From a virus (lineage: Duplodnaviria; Caudoviricetes), in IMG/VR virus record IMGVR_UViG_3300020227_000010, positions 1 through 31,695 of that record: 31,695 bases of DNA, one strand, 5' to 3'. The notes beneath the pieces were generated by a model. That model did no database searches. It was not told the DNA's origin and saw only the letters and a list, made by a program, of their open reading frames with translations. Position 1 is the stretch's first letter, and each line of letters opens with the position of its first letter. The position numbers were made by a program, and so were the translations under genes. Below, piece after piece: positions 19,688 through 28,109 of the stretch.

Positions 19688-20740
19688 ATGGATATTACAG
19701 ATAAAGTTAAAAAACATTATGAAGATAAAAATAAAAAACTAAAAGCAATAAATTGGAACGTTGAAGACGATACTATGTCAGACGTATATTGGGAGCAGGG
19801 TGTCTCTCAATTTTGGTTACCTGAAGAATTTGATATATCAAGAGACTTAAGTTCTTGGGAAGCATTAACGAAAGATGAAAAAGAAACATATAAGAAGGTA
19901 CTTGCAGGACTTACAGGTTTAGATACTAAACAAGGTGGGGAAGGTATGAACTTAGTTTCATACCATGAACCTAGACTTAAATATCAAGCTGTATTTGCTT
20001 TCATGGGTGGTATGGAAGAAATCCATAGTAAATCTTATTCTCATATATTTACTACACTCTTAAAGAATAAAGATACAAACTATCTTTTAGATGAATGGGT
20101 AGAAGAAGAACCTCACTTAACAGTTAAAGCTCAATATATTGGTTATTATTATGACCAATTACTAAAACCTAACCCTACATTAAAAGACTTGTATATGGCT
20201 AAGGTTGCTAGTTCCTTCTTAGAATCTGCTTTATTCTATTCAGGATTCTATTATCCTTTATTGTTAGCAGGACAAGGAAAAATGACTCAATCAGGAGCTA
20301 TCATTTATAAAATAACTCAAGATGAATCATATCATGGTTCAGCAGTAGGATTAACTGCTCAATATGATTACGAACTAATGTCAGAAGAAGAACAAAAAGA
20401 AGTAGATAAACTAACTTATGAACTGTTAGATTTATTGTATGAGAATGAGAAATTATATACACAAAGTTTATATGATAACTTAGGTTTAACAGAAGATGTA
20501 TTGAATTATGTACAATATAATTTCAATAGAGCAATGCAAAACTTAGGTAAGAATGATTACTTTAATCCTGAACCGTTCAACCCTATTGTAGAGAATCAAA
20601 CAAATGTAGATAGATTAAGAAACGTAGACTTCTTTAGTGGTAAAGCTGACTATGAAAAGTCTACACATATAGCAGATATACAAGATGAAGATTTTGAAAT
20701 TGATGAAGGACAAAGTAAACTCGTAGATGAGTTCTTATAA
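19688..20740 (+). CDS. nrdF: Ribonucleotide reductase class Ib beta subunit
   Basis: AINWN, FWLPEE, LTGLDT, EEIHSKSY, LFYSGFY, DESYH, DFFS. Confidence 0.93.
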   Translation: MDITDKVKKHYEDKNKKLKAINWNVEDDTMSDVYWEQGVSQFWLPEEFDISRDLSSWEALTKDEKETYKKVLAGLTGLDTKQGGEGMNLVSYHEPRLKYQAVFAFMGGMEEIHSKSYSHIFTTLLKNKDTNYLLDEWVEEEPHLTVKAQYIGYYYDQLLKPNPTLKDLYMAKVASSFLESALFYSGFYYPLLLAGQGKMTQSGAIIYKITQDESYHGSAVGLTAQYDYELMSEEEQKEVDKLTYELLDLLYENEKLYTQSLYDNLGLTEDVLNYVQYNFNRAMQNLGKNDYFNPEPFNPIVENQTNVDRLRNVDFFSGKADYEKSTHIADIQDEDFEIDEGQSKLVDEFL

Positions 20741-20752
20741 AGGAGACTAATA

Positions 20753-21091
20753 ATGGAAGAGTTAAAAAGTTTAAAAGAAGTAGAAGTAGAAAAAGATTCA
20801 CAAGATAATTTGATTTTATTCATTTCACAAAATAATTGTGGTAAATGTACTGTATTAGAATTTGGTATTCCAAGTTATATGGATGCTTTAGAATTAGATA
20901 TTCCAGTAGCACATATCAATATTGATGATTTAGAAGAAGGTAGAGAGTTAGCTGAAGATTACTATGAACTAACTTCTACACCTACATTGATTGCTTATAA
21001 AAAAGGTGAACAAGTAGGAAGACAAAACAGTGTTGAAGGTATCCAACAATTAGATGCTTTAGTAAAAGACTTAGGAATTAGTTTAAGCTAA
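20753..21091 (+). CDS. Thioredoxin-like protein
   Basis: CGKC active site and cis-Pro motif STPTL; follows nrdF. Confidence 0.8.
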   Translation: MEELKSLKEVEVEKDSQDNLILFISQNNCGKCTVLEFGIPSYMDALELDIPVAHINIDDLEEGRELAEDYYELTSTPTLIAYKKGEQVGRQNSVEGIQQLDALVKDLGISLS

Positions 21092-21098
21092 TTATATT

Positions 21099-21154
21099 TT
21101 GAATACACCGCTACTTATGTTATAATAAATATAACAGGGTAGTGGTGTTTTTTT
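21099..21154 (+). promoter_or_regulatory. Long terminator-like hairpin containing an extended -10 promoter
   Basis: ACACCGCTAC (21105-21114)/GTAGTGGTGT (21139-21148) and TGTTATA/TATAACA stems, T-run after; TG-t-TATAAT at 21118-21126, TTGAAT at 21099-21104. Confidence 0.7.
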
Positions 21155-21180
21155 AATATAAAATTAAAGGAGAATTAAAG

Positions 21181-21909
21181 TTGGGTAAAAATAAAACACT
21201 GACTATATATAATAGTGATAGGTACTTTAATATTCATGCAAAGACAAAAGATGAATTCCAAGAGTACATAAAAGTAACTAGGCTTAATGAAGATGAAATA
21301 GAAAAAGAAATGAATGAGCTAGAAAAGAAATCTAAGAGATACAAAGCTAAGACAGATAAGAAGTATATGTTATTTAATGAACATTATAATAACGATAGAC
21401 TTATAGAAAAGATATGTGCACATAGTAGTGGGGTTATATTCTATACGGATACAGTTGTTCCTTACTATGTATTTAAACAATTATCTAATAATAAAAATTC
21501 TACTGTAGTTTATCAAATGAAAGAAGAATTCACAGATAAACAAATAGATAATATATCTTTAAGTTATATGGGTGTAAAAGTAGTTATTGATGTAGCTATT
21601 ACTTTCCCTTATGTTAATCCTTACCTTATTATTAAAGGTTTATATAGTTTGAAGATGAGTGTAGATGAAATTCATTTATCATTCCCTAGGTTAACAAGTG
21701 TAAATGAAGAACAAGAAGAGTATTACTTCTATGATGGGGAAGGGTATGATGTTAAACCTGATTACAAATATGATTTTACAACTAAACTAAGACTTCCATT
21801 ATCCGTATGGAAAATGTATCTCTATATAATAACAAACACAGATAAAGATTATGAAGATGTAACTAAAATTATTACCAAAGTCAAAAAGGAGAATAATATA
21901 ACCTCATGA
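21181..21909 (+). CDS. Conserved hypothetical protein (242 aa)
   Basis: TTG start with SD AAAGGAG; synteny before HU-like gene. Confidence 0.75.
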   Translation: MGKNKTLTIYNSDRYFNIHAKTKDEFQEYIKVTRLNEDEIEKEMNELEKKSKRYKAKTDKKYMLFNEHYNNDRLIEKICAHSSGVIFYTDTVVPYYVFKQLSNNKNSTVVYQMKEEFTDKQIDNISLSYMGVKVVIDVAITFPYVNPYLIIKGLYSLKMSVDEIHLSFPRLTSVNEEQEEYYFYDGEGYDVKPDYKYDFTTKLRLPLSVWKMYLYIITNTDKDYEDVTKIITKVKKENNITS

Positions 21910-22205
21910 TTAACAGAAAAGACTTAGCTAGAAGAATATCTGATAAGACAGGTTATTTTATAAGAGATATAGAAGAGATACTAGAAGCCGAAGAAGATAG
22001 TATAGCAGAATTCATATCAGAAGGACATAAGAAAATCAAACATCATAAACTATTTCAATTAGAGATTAAGACTAGACCAAGTAAGACAGCATATGATGGA
22101 TTTAATAAAGAATATTTTGAATTACCAGAGAGAAAATATATAGAATTTAAACCATTAACACAACTAGAAAAAGCAATAGAAGATATAAACACAGAAAGCA
22201 ATTAA
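21906..22205 (+). CDS. HU/IHF-like DNA-binding protein
   Basis: NRKDLARRIS N-terminus and beta-arm pattern ...RPSKTAYDGFNKEYFELPERKYIEFKP..L; ATGA overlap. Confidence 0.8.
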   Translation: MINRKDLARRISDKTGYFIRDIEEILEAEEDSIAEFISEGHKKIKHHKLFQLEIKTRPSKTAYDGFNKEYFELPERKYIEFKPLTQLEKAIEDINTESN

Positions 22206-22237
22206 TACTTGCTTTCTTTTTTTATTTGTGATACACT
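22193..22237 (+). promoter_or_regulatory. Terminator with overlapping sigma-A promoter for the polymerase operon
   Basis: AGAAAGCAA/TTGCTTTCT stem plus T-run; TTGCTT (22209-22214), 17 bp, TG-a-TACACT (22232-22237). Confidence 0.7.
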
Positions 22238-22267
22238 ATATACATAACGATAAAAGGAGAGGTTAAG

Positions 22268-22540
22268 ATGAAAATTACAATTAAAGATTTATTTGAGGAT
22301 TATGATTTATTTAGACATTTAGAAGTTGATAAGGAGGTTAAAATTAATGAAAGAGATTTTAAAACTATTATTGAAGACACGATAGAAGAAGCTTTTAATA
22401 AAGGTGTTATTGATAAAGATGAACTCTCAGATGATATTTATAAAGGTATAGAGGATGCTTTATCTGATATAGAGGTAGAAACTAAGGTTAAGTTAGGTCT
22501 TTGGTCAGACCATGATACTGTAGATATTGAGGTGGAGTAA
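22268..22540 (+). CDS. Acidic hypothetical protein (90 aa)
   Basis: SD AAAGGAGAGG; TAATG overlap with polymerase start. Confidence 0.75.
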   Translation: MKITIKDLFEDYDLFRHLEVDKEVKINERDFKTIIEDTIEEAFNKGVIDKDELSDDIYKGIEDALSDIEVETKVKLGLWSDHDTVDIEVE

Positions 22541-24693
22541 TGAAAGTTTTATTTTTATTAGACTTTATTAGAATAGACCATTACGACAATAACGGACATT
22601 GGAAATACTTGCAAACACAAAATGGTAAAACATTTAAACAAGTTATAGAATCAACAACCAGTTTAAGAAGAGAAGGGCAACGTAAAGACTATGTATTTGA
22701 CTATGTATATAATCAAATTCCTCAACCTATTTACAATAACTATGGTAAGGTTATTAAATATGAAGATGTAAAGCTAACAGAAGCTAAACCTTTCATGGAA
22801 GAACTTAAAACTAGAATAGAAGAAATTAAACCAGACATTATAGTACCTACAGGTAAGTTAGGTATTAAGATGTTATTGAATGTGGCTAAGTTAGGTTCTG
22901 TTAGAGGGGTTCCTAAAAAAGTAAATATTGGGGAAGTTTCTACTTGGGTACTACCAACATATAGTATTGAATATACAAATGTAAATAAAAACAGTGAAAG
23001 ACAAGTCTTAGCTGATATGGATATACTAGAAAGATATGTACAAAATGGTGAAGAAGTCTTTAAACCTAAAGAAGTTAAATATGAGTTTGTAGATAATATT
23101 GAAAGAGTAAGAGAAATATTTAATAAAGAAGTTAAACAAGATGAGAATGATGGTGTAGATATAACTGCATGGGATTTAGAAACCAATTCATTAAGACCAG
23201 ACTTAGAAGGAAGTAAAGCTCTAGTAGCATCTTTGAGTTGGAAGAATGGACAAGGAGTAACAATACCTTTGTATAAATCAGATTTTGAGTGGGCTAATGG
23301 ACAACAAGATATTGATGAAGTGTTAAGTTTAATGAAGAAATGGTTAGCTGATAAAGAAGATGTAAAAGTTGGACACAATATTAAATATGATATTAACTTC
23401 CTCATGTCCACAGAAAATATACAAGAATATGAAAATCATGAAGATACAATGGTAGGTTGGTACTTATCTGTATCTCAAGAAACTTCAGACTCTTTAAGAC
23501 TTACGAACTTAGCTTATGAAGCCACTGATATGGGTGGGTATGATGAACCATTAGAAAATTTTAAAATATGGTTCGTTACAAAACTCTTAAAAGAACTAGA
23601 TAAAGAAATGAAAGAGATACAAAAAGAAAATAAGAAGATAGCTAAAAAAGAATATGATATTAAAGCAAATGAATATAAGAAGTGGATAAAAGATAATATT
23701 GATTTTACTAAAGACTTAGAAGAGCAATATACTAACTTAAAGCTTAATCCAGAAGTTGTAACCAAAGAACACATTAACCAAAATGTATTAGAAGAATCAG
23801 AAGAATATATGAACTTATCTGATAAAGGTAAAGTGTACACTCTAAAAACAGCTATTAACCTAATTAATAAATTTAGAGAACAGAAGAATGTTATTAATGA
23901 GGTAGATGGAGGTAAATTTAGTTATGATTGGTTCCCTGTAGAGCTAATGCACCCTTACGCTAGTGGAGACGTTGATGTTTGTCGAAGAATTTACTGTGAA
24001 GTATTAAGAAAGTTAGAGAAACAAGACAGACCTAAAGCTCTTAGACTTTTAAGGGAAGATTACCCAAGGCTCACAAGAACATTAGCTAGAATACAAAGTA
24101 ATGGATTTCATACAGACTTAGACTATATGGAAAAGAATGATAAGGCTTATAGAGAAGAAATGGAAAAGACTCATGAAGAAATGAGAAAACATTGGGCGGT
24201 ACTCGAGTTTGAAGAGATAAGATATAATCTCTTTGAGAAAGGTTTGGAAGAATTTGAAAATAAACCACCTAAAGATAGAGATAAAGAATTAGCTGAGTAC
24301 AGAACGAAGTTTAAAGATGGTGGATGGAAATTTAGTCCAAGCTCAGGAGAACATAAAGGTGAAATATTATATGATATTTTAGGATTACATTTACCTTATG
24401 ACAAACAGTATGTAAAAGATAAACCTTTCAATGCAAATATTCCAGAAAGTGAGTTAACTTGGTCAGATTATAAAACTGATAAAAATGCTTTAAGTTATAT
24501 AATAAATGAATTAGATATAAATGAAGATACAAAAGAGTTTGTTGAATTATTACAGTATTATGCAAGTCTACAAACTAAGAGAAATAGTTTTACTAAAAAA
24601 TTACCAACGATTATAAATCCTATAACACATAATATACATGGTGGTTATGGTATTGTTGGTACAAGTACAGGTAGATTGAGTAGTAGTAACCCT
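22540..24693 (+). CDS. polA: Family A DNA polymerase exon 1 (UDG-like N-terminal domain, 3'-5' exonuclease, start of polymerase domain); spliced product about 1047 aa
   Basis: Exo I WDLET, Exo II GHNIKYD, Exo III YASGD; ends TSTGRLSSSNP, continuing as NMQN at 25037. Confidence 0.92.
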
Positions 24694-25036
24694 AAAAGCA
24701 TATTGGGGTTGTAAAACTTTGTTAATTGCGGGGAAAAACTCGTTAAGTCTTAACTACTAACTTATAGTGGAAACACATATAAGGGCAAATAGTAACGTAT
24801 TTGATATAGTAAAAAGGTTAAGAATAGAGAGAATCCGCATCCAAGCACCTGAAAGTATATAAAAGTATGGTGAAGGTTCAACGACTAGGTGTTGAGATAA
24901 TACAATCAATACACACCCACGAAAGCAAAGATATTGTCAATAGATGATATATGATATAGTCTATTCTATATAGAGATATATAGTTATTACTTAAACGGTA
25001 ATAAATACAACACATCAAACTATGTTGTACACGATG
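24694..25036 (+). mobile_element. Group I intron 1 in polA (343 nt, no ORF)
   Basis: P1 AACCCT/GGGGTT with U-G wobble; P10 GCATATT pairs with exon 2 start AATATGC; CAACGACTA (24879-24887) and GATATAGTC (24953-24961); terminal G. Confidence 0.92.
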
Positions 25037-25336
25037 AATATGCAAAATATACCTGCACATACGAGTAATGTTTCTAAGTTTGATTATTGGAACCCTATAA
25101 AAACATCTTTTGTATCAAGGTATGAAGATGGATTAATTGTACAATTTGACTATTCAGCTATAGAGCTTAGAGTAACAGGATTAGTTACACAAGATAGAGA
25201 AATGTTAGAGATATTCTTAGATAATGGTGATTTACACACAAATACAGCTTCTATGATGTATAATAAGCCTGAGAGTGAGATAACACAAGAAGAAAGGCAA
25301 GGTGCCAAGAAAATTTCATTTGGGCTATTATACGGT
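25037..25336 (+). CDS. polA: Family A DNA polymerase exon 2 (100 codons; motifs A and B)
   Basis: NMQNIP, FDYSAIELR, DLH, RQGAKKISFGLLYG. Confidence 0.92.
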
Positions 25337-26415
25337 AGGTAAAACAGCCGTAGTAAAACTAGGTAAACCTATAGAGTATAGGGTGTATAACTTACGATAA
25401 GGAACTATAGGAAATGATAGTTAGAAGTTATGCTAACAGGGAAGGCTTTAAAATGCTAATCCTGTGTAGAATAATTTAAGTGTAATTTAATAGTTAAGGA
25501 TGATTTAAAATAGAATTTAAAGTAGGAGAAAGAAACAATCACAATAAGATATATTCTAACTTATCTCATGTATGGTCTCATATGATAGATAGGTGCTATA
25601 ATCCTAAATGTAAAGAATATAAATATTATGGGCTACTAGGAATAACAGTAGATGAAAGATGGCATAATTTTGATGATTTCCTTAAGGATATAGAGCTAAT
25701 TGACGGTTGGGACTTAGATAGATATAAAAATGGTGAGTTAGTACTAGATAAAGATATCAAAGAGATAGGTAACAAAGTATATAGTTTAGAGAAATGTAAA
25801 TGGGCTACTAGAAAAGAGAATTTAGGATTTATACCTTCTAGAAGTAAGAAAATACTAGGAATAGACCCTAACGGTAAAGAGTATATATTCTTTAATCAGT
25901 CTAAATTTGCTAAGGAGCATAACTTAATCCAGAGTCATATTTCCGCAGTTCTTAGAGGAGACAGAAAACACCACAAGAATTGGACGTTTAAGGTATTACA
26001 AGAGTATAGATATGAGCCTGTAGAACAACCAGCTAAATTATATACACCACATTATGTTGCTTATAGAAATGGTGTTGAGATTGATTGTGATAGAGTAAAG
26101 ACCCACCTATTAAAGAGATTAAATATACCTACATCAGATACTAATTTTAGAAAAATGGAAACTGGTGAAGAATGTTATGGAATTATATTCAAGATAGAAA
26201 AAAGAGAAAGATTTGAATACACTTAAACACTTAAATTATTTTATCAAACGACTATCGAAAGGTGAGCTTTATGTCGAGAGGACTTATCGCAATATAACTG
26301 AGTAGAGTACATGTAGCTCATACCTACATGGAATAGCCTAGCAATAATAAGTAACGATGTTATTGAAGATATAGTCTAGACCCTTTAAAATATGTGGAAA
26401 CACAGGGTATAATCG
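25337..26415 (+). mobile_element. Group I intron 2 in polA (1079 nt) carrying an HNH-type endonuclease gene
   Basis: P1 TACGGT/GCCGTA with U-G wobble; AAACGACTA near 26246 and AAGATATAGTC (26366-26376); terminal G 26415; removal gives LLYG|ETPHSF in frame. Confidence 0.9.
25510..26226 (+). CDS. Intron-encoded HNH-like (beta-beta-alpha-Me) homing endonuclease; start uncertain (ATA 25510 vs ATG 25582)
   Basis: W..M.DRCYNP...YG..GITV.ERW..F..F..D...LDKD....N..YS...CKW.T..EN pattern; HTH-like FAKEHNLIQSHISAVLRG. Confidence 0.75.
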   Translation: MEFKVGERNNHNKIYSNLSHVWSHMIDRCYNPKCKEYKYYGLLGITVDERWHNFDDFLKDIELIDGWDLDRYKNGELVLDKDIKEIGNKVYSLEKCKWATRKENLGFIPSRSKKILGIDPNGKEYIFFNQSKFAKEHNLIQSHISAVLRGDRKHHKNWTFKVLQEYRYEPVEQPAKLYTPHYVAYRNGVEIDCDRVKTHLLKRLNIPTSDTNFRKMETGEECYGIIFKIEKRERFEYT

Positions 26416-27105
26416 GAAACACCTCACTCATTTAGTTCTAAAAATAATATGACAGTTGAAGAAGCTGATGAGTTATTTACTAAATACTTTAATAATAAAC
26501 CTTCTATTAAAGATGCAATAGAATCAACCCAAGAATTTGTACAAGAACATGGTTATGTTGAAAGTTTACATGGACATCAACGGTTCTTAGCAGATGCTCA
26601 GAGTATGGATAAAAAGAAAAAAAATGAAGCTTTAAGACAATCATTTAATGCTAAAATACAAGGTTTAGCAGGATTTTTTACAAATATGGCATTAACTTAT
26701 ATTGATGATTTTATTCAAACAAGAAATATGAGAAGTAAGTTAGTAGCTACAGTGCATGATAGTATTGTTCTAGATTGTCATCCTGAAGAAGTTGAAACGA
26801 TAACTAAAGTTGTTAAAGTTATTATGGAGAACTTACCCTTTGATTTCTTGAAAATAGAATATAATGGTGAATTAATTCAGTACCCTATTGTAGCTGATGC
26901 AGAGATAGGTTTTACTTATAACGAAGCAGTAGACTATGATGAGGAAGAAGTAAAAGATTTTAACTCTTATAAAGGGTATATTAATTATAACCTGATCAAA
27001 AATAGACTTAATGATTACTTTGAGTCTAAGAAGATTAATGAAGAACAATATAAAGAAGCAATTAAGCAAGTAGAAGAACAGAAACATTTATATCAAGAAA
27101 TTTAA
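26416..27105 (+). CDS. polA: Family A DNA polymerase exon 3 (motif C)
   Basis: GYVESLHG, RQSFNAKIQG, TVHDS. Confidence 0.92.
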   Translation, partial: ETPHSFSSKNNMTVEEADELFTKYFNNKPSIKDAIESTQEFVQEHGYVESLHGHQRFLADAQSMDKKKKNEALRQSFNAKIQGLAGFFTNMALTYIDDFIQTRNMRSKLVATVHDSIVLDCHPEEVETITKVVKVIMENLPFDFLKIEYNGELIQYPIVADAEIGFTYNEAVDYDEEEVKDFNSYKGYINYNLIKNRLNDYFESKKINEEQYKEAIKQVEEQKHLYQEI

Positions 27106-27113
27106 AAAAATAT

Positions 27114-27152
27114 AGGAAACCTATTGACTTAGGTTTCCTTTTATTATATACT
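27114..27152 (+). promoter_or_regulatory. Terminator hairpin with embedded sigma-A promoter
   Basis: AGGAAACCTA-TTGACT-TAGGTTTCCT plus T-run; loop TTGACT (27124-27129) 17 bp from TATACT (27147-27152). Confidence 0.85.
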
Positions 27153-27179
27153 TGTATTAGAAATAAAGGAGGAGATAAT

Positions 27180-27315
27180 ATGATTGATTTATTAGAAAAA
27201 TATTTTTTTGTCTAAAGAAAACAAAGAAAAATTAACAATCGGAATATTTGAATTATATAAAGTGAGAACAAAAATTGAAGAACTAAGCAGATTTTCAGAA
27301 GAAAGTGGAAAATAA
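27180..27315 (+). pseudogene. Frameshifted small gene (44 aa if one T is removed from the T7 run)
   Basis: Strong SD AAAGGAGGAG and ATG 27180, stop after 11 codons; shifted frame stays open to TAA 27313-27315, right before the next promoter. Confidence 0.55.
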
Positions 27316-27318
27316 TTC

Positions 27319-27357
27319 AAAATAATGATTGACATTATTTTTGAGTCATGATATAAT
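27319..27357 (+). promoter_or_regulatory. Consensus sigma-A promoter with -35 centred in an inverted repeat
   Basis: TTGACA (27329-27334), 17 bp, TG-a-TATAAT (27352-27357); AAAATAATG/CATTATTTT arms. Confidence 0.85.
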
Positions 27358-27386
27358 TAATTTATAAAATTAAAGGAGAGATTTAT

Positions 27387-27638
27387 ATGATTATAGAAAA
27401 ACAAAATCACATTATTAATGTATTAGAAAATGAAGGATTAGAAGTAGATGGAAGTCAAGGGTATTATATTGTTCAGGACTCAGAAGGACATAGGGTTACG
27501 CTAGACTTTGTAGAGGATTATTATGTTGAAATTTTAGATAATAGTTTAAATACTGAAACAATTAGTTTAGACCAAGAGCATTTGATTATGTACACTATTT
27601 TACATGCTTTAGATTATGAGTTTGAGGAGTTTTTATAA
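27387..27638 (+). CDS. Highly acidic hypothetical protein (83 aa)
   Basis: SD AAAGGAGAG, consensus promoter; 19 D/E versus 2 K/R. Confidence 0.8.
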   Translation: MIIEKQNHIINVLENEGLEVDGSQGYYIVQDSEGHRVTLDFVEDYYVEILDNSLNTETISLDQEHLIMYTILHALDYEFEEFL

Positions 27639-27760
27639 TAGGAATTTTAGATTTTTTATTAAACGATGATAATGAAGTAGAAGAGTACTTAAGAGGGAAA
27701 TCCGAAGAAGATATTGAAAGAGAATATGAAATTAGTCAAGAGGTTCTTAACAGACAGTAA
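27638..27760 (+). pseudogene. Small gene remnant with ATA at the expected start, 3' end hit by the IS-like insertion
   Basis: SD GAGGAG (27624-27629) then TAATA instead of the usual TAATG overlap; 40 open codons (I)GILDFLLNDDNEVEEYLRGKSEEDIEREYEISQEVLNRQ. Confidence 0.45.
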
Positions 27761-28109
27761 TAATCTATAAAAATTTATAAATTTATTTGTATTTTAGTAC
27801 CTAAAAAAATAAATATTCATAAAAATCACTTACTTTAAATTACATCTTCTACAGTGAAAACCAAGCTTAGAAGAATTGTAATTGAAGATTTGAATGTAAG
27901 TGGTATGATGAAAAATAGACAATATTTAGATTATCATTAACAAGATACTAAATATATGTACCATTCGTTGTATGGGAATTAAAGCCTTTGGAGTATCAAA
28001 CAAACCTTAGTAGAGTAATCAGAAGTAGCTATTTATAGTGAAATACTCAAACAGGGATACAATGAACAAGGAATAAAATTTATAGAGTTTTATAAGTTTT
28101 TAACAACGG
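27751..28109 (+). mobile_element. Internally deleted, non-autonomous TnpB-family IS (IS607-like) remnant, about 359 bp
   Basis: Contains tnpB fragment; paired (C/T)TATAAA motifs at 10-bp spacing in inverted orientation 14 nt inside each end; right end terminates in ...AACAACGG. Confidence 0.7.
27803..27940 (+). pseudogene. tnpB: tnpB fragment (RuvC II region) with internal stop
   Basis: Frame reads KKINIHKNHLL*ITSSTVKTKLRRIVIEDLNVSGMMKNRQ; IVIEDLNVSGMMKN is the characteristic TnpB motif carrying the catalytic Glu. Confidence 0.85.

Noticed and set aside
24878-25060. Minus-strand 60-aa ORF as an endonuclease of polA intron 1
   Set aside because: Antisense to the ribozyme core, no nuclease motif
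4865-27087. All minus-strand ORFs in the track (e.g. 22740-23411, 15388-15693, 23514-23840)
   Set aside because: They lie antisense to well-supported + strand genes, have Ser/Leu/Phe-rich shadow composition and no recognisable motifs
25022-27105. ORFs 25022-25342 and 26449-27105 as independent genes or a pseudogenised polymerase
   Set aside because: Group I intron signatures and in-frame exon joining restore one intact polymerase
27751-28109. Intact IStron (group I intron-IS hybrid) or CRISPR array
   Set aside because: No P7 elements (GACTA/TAGTC) or room for a ribozyme core; no repeat-spacer periodicity here or elsewhere in the window
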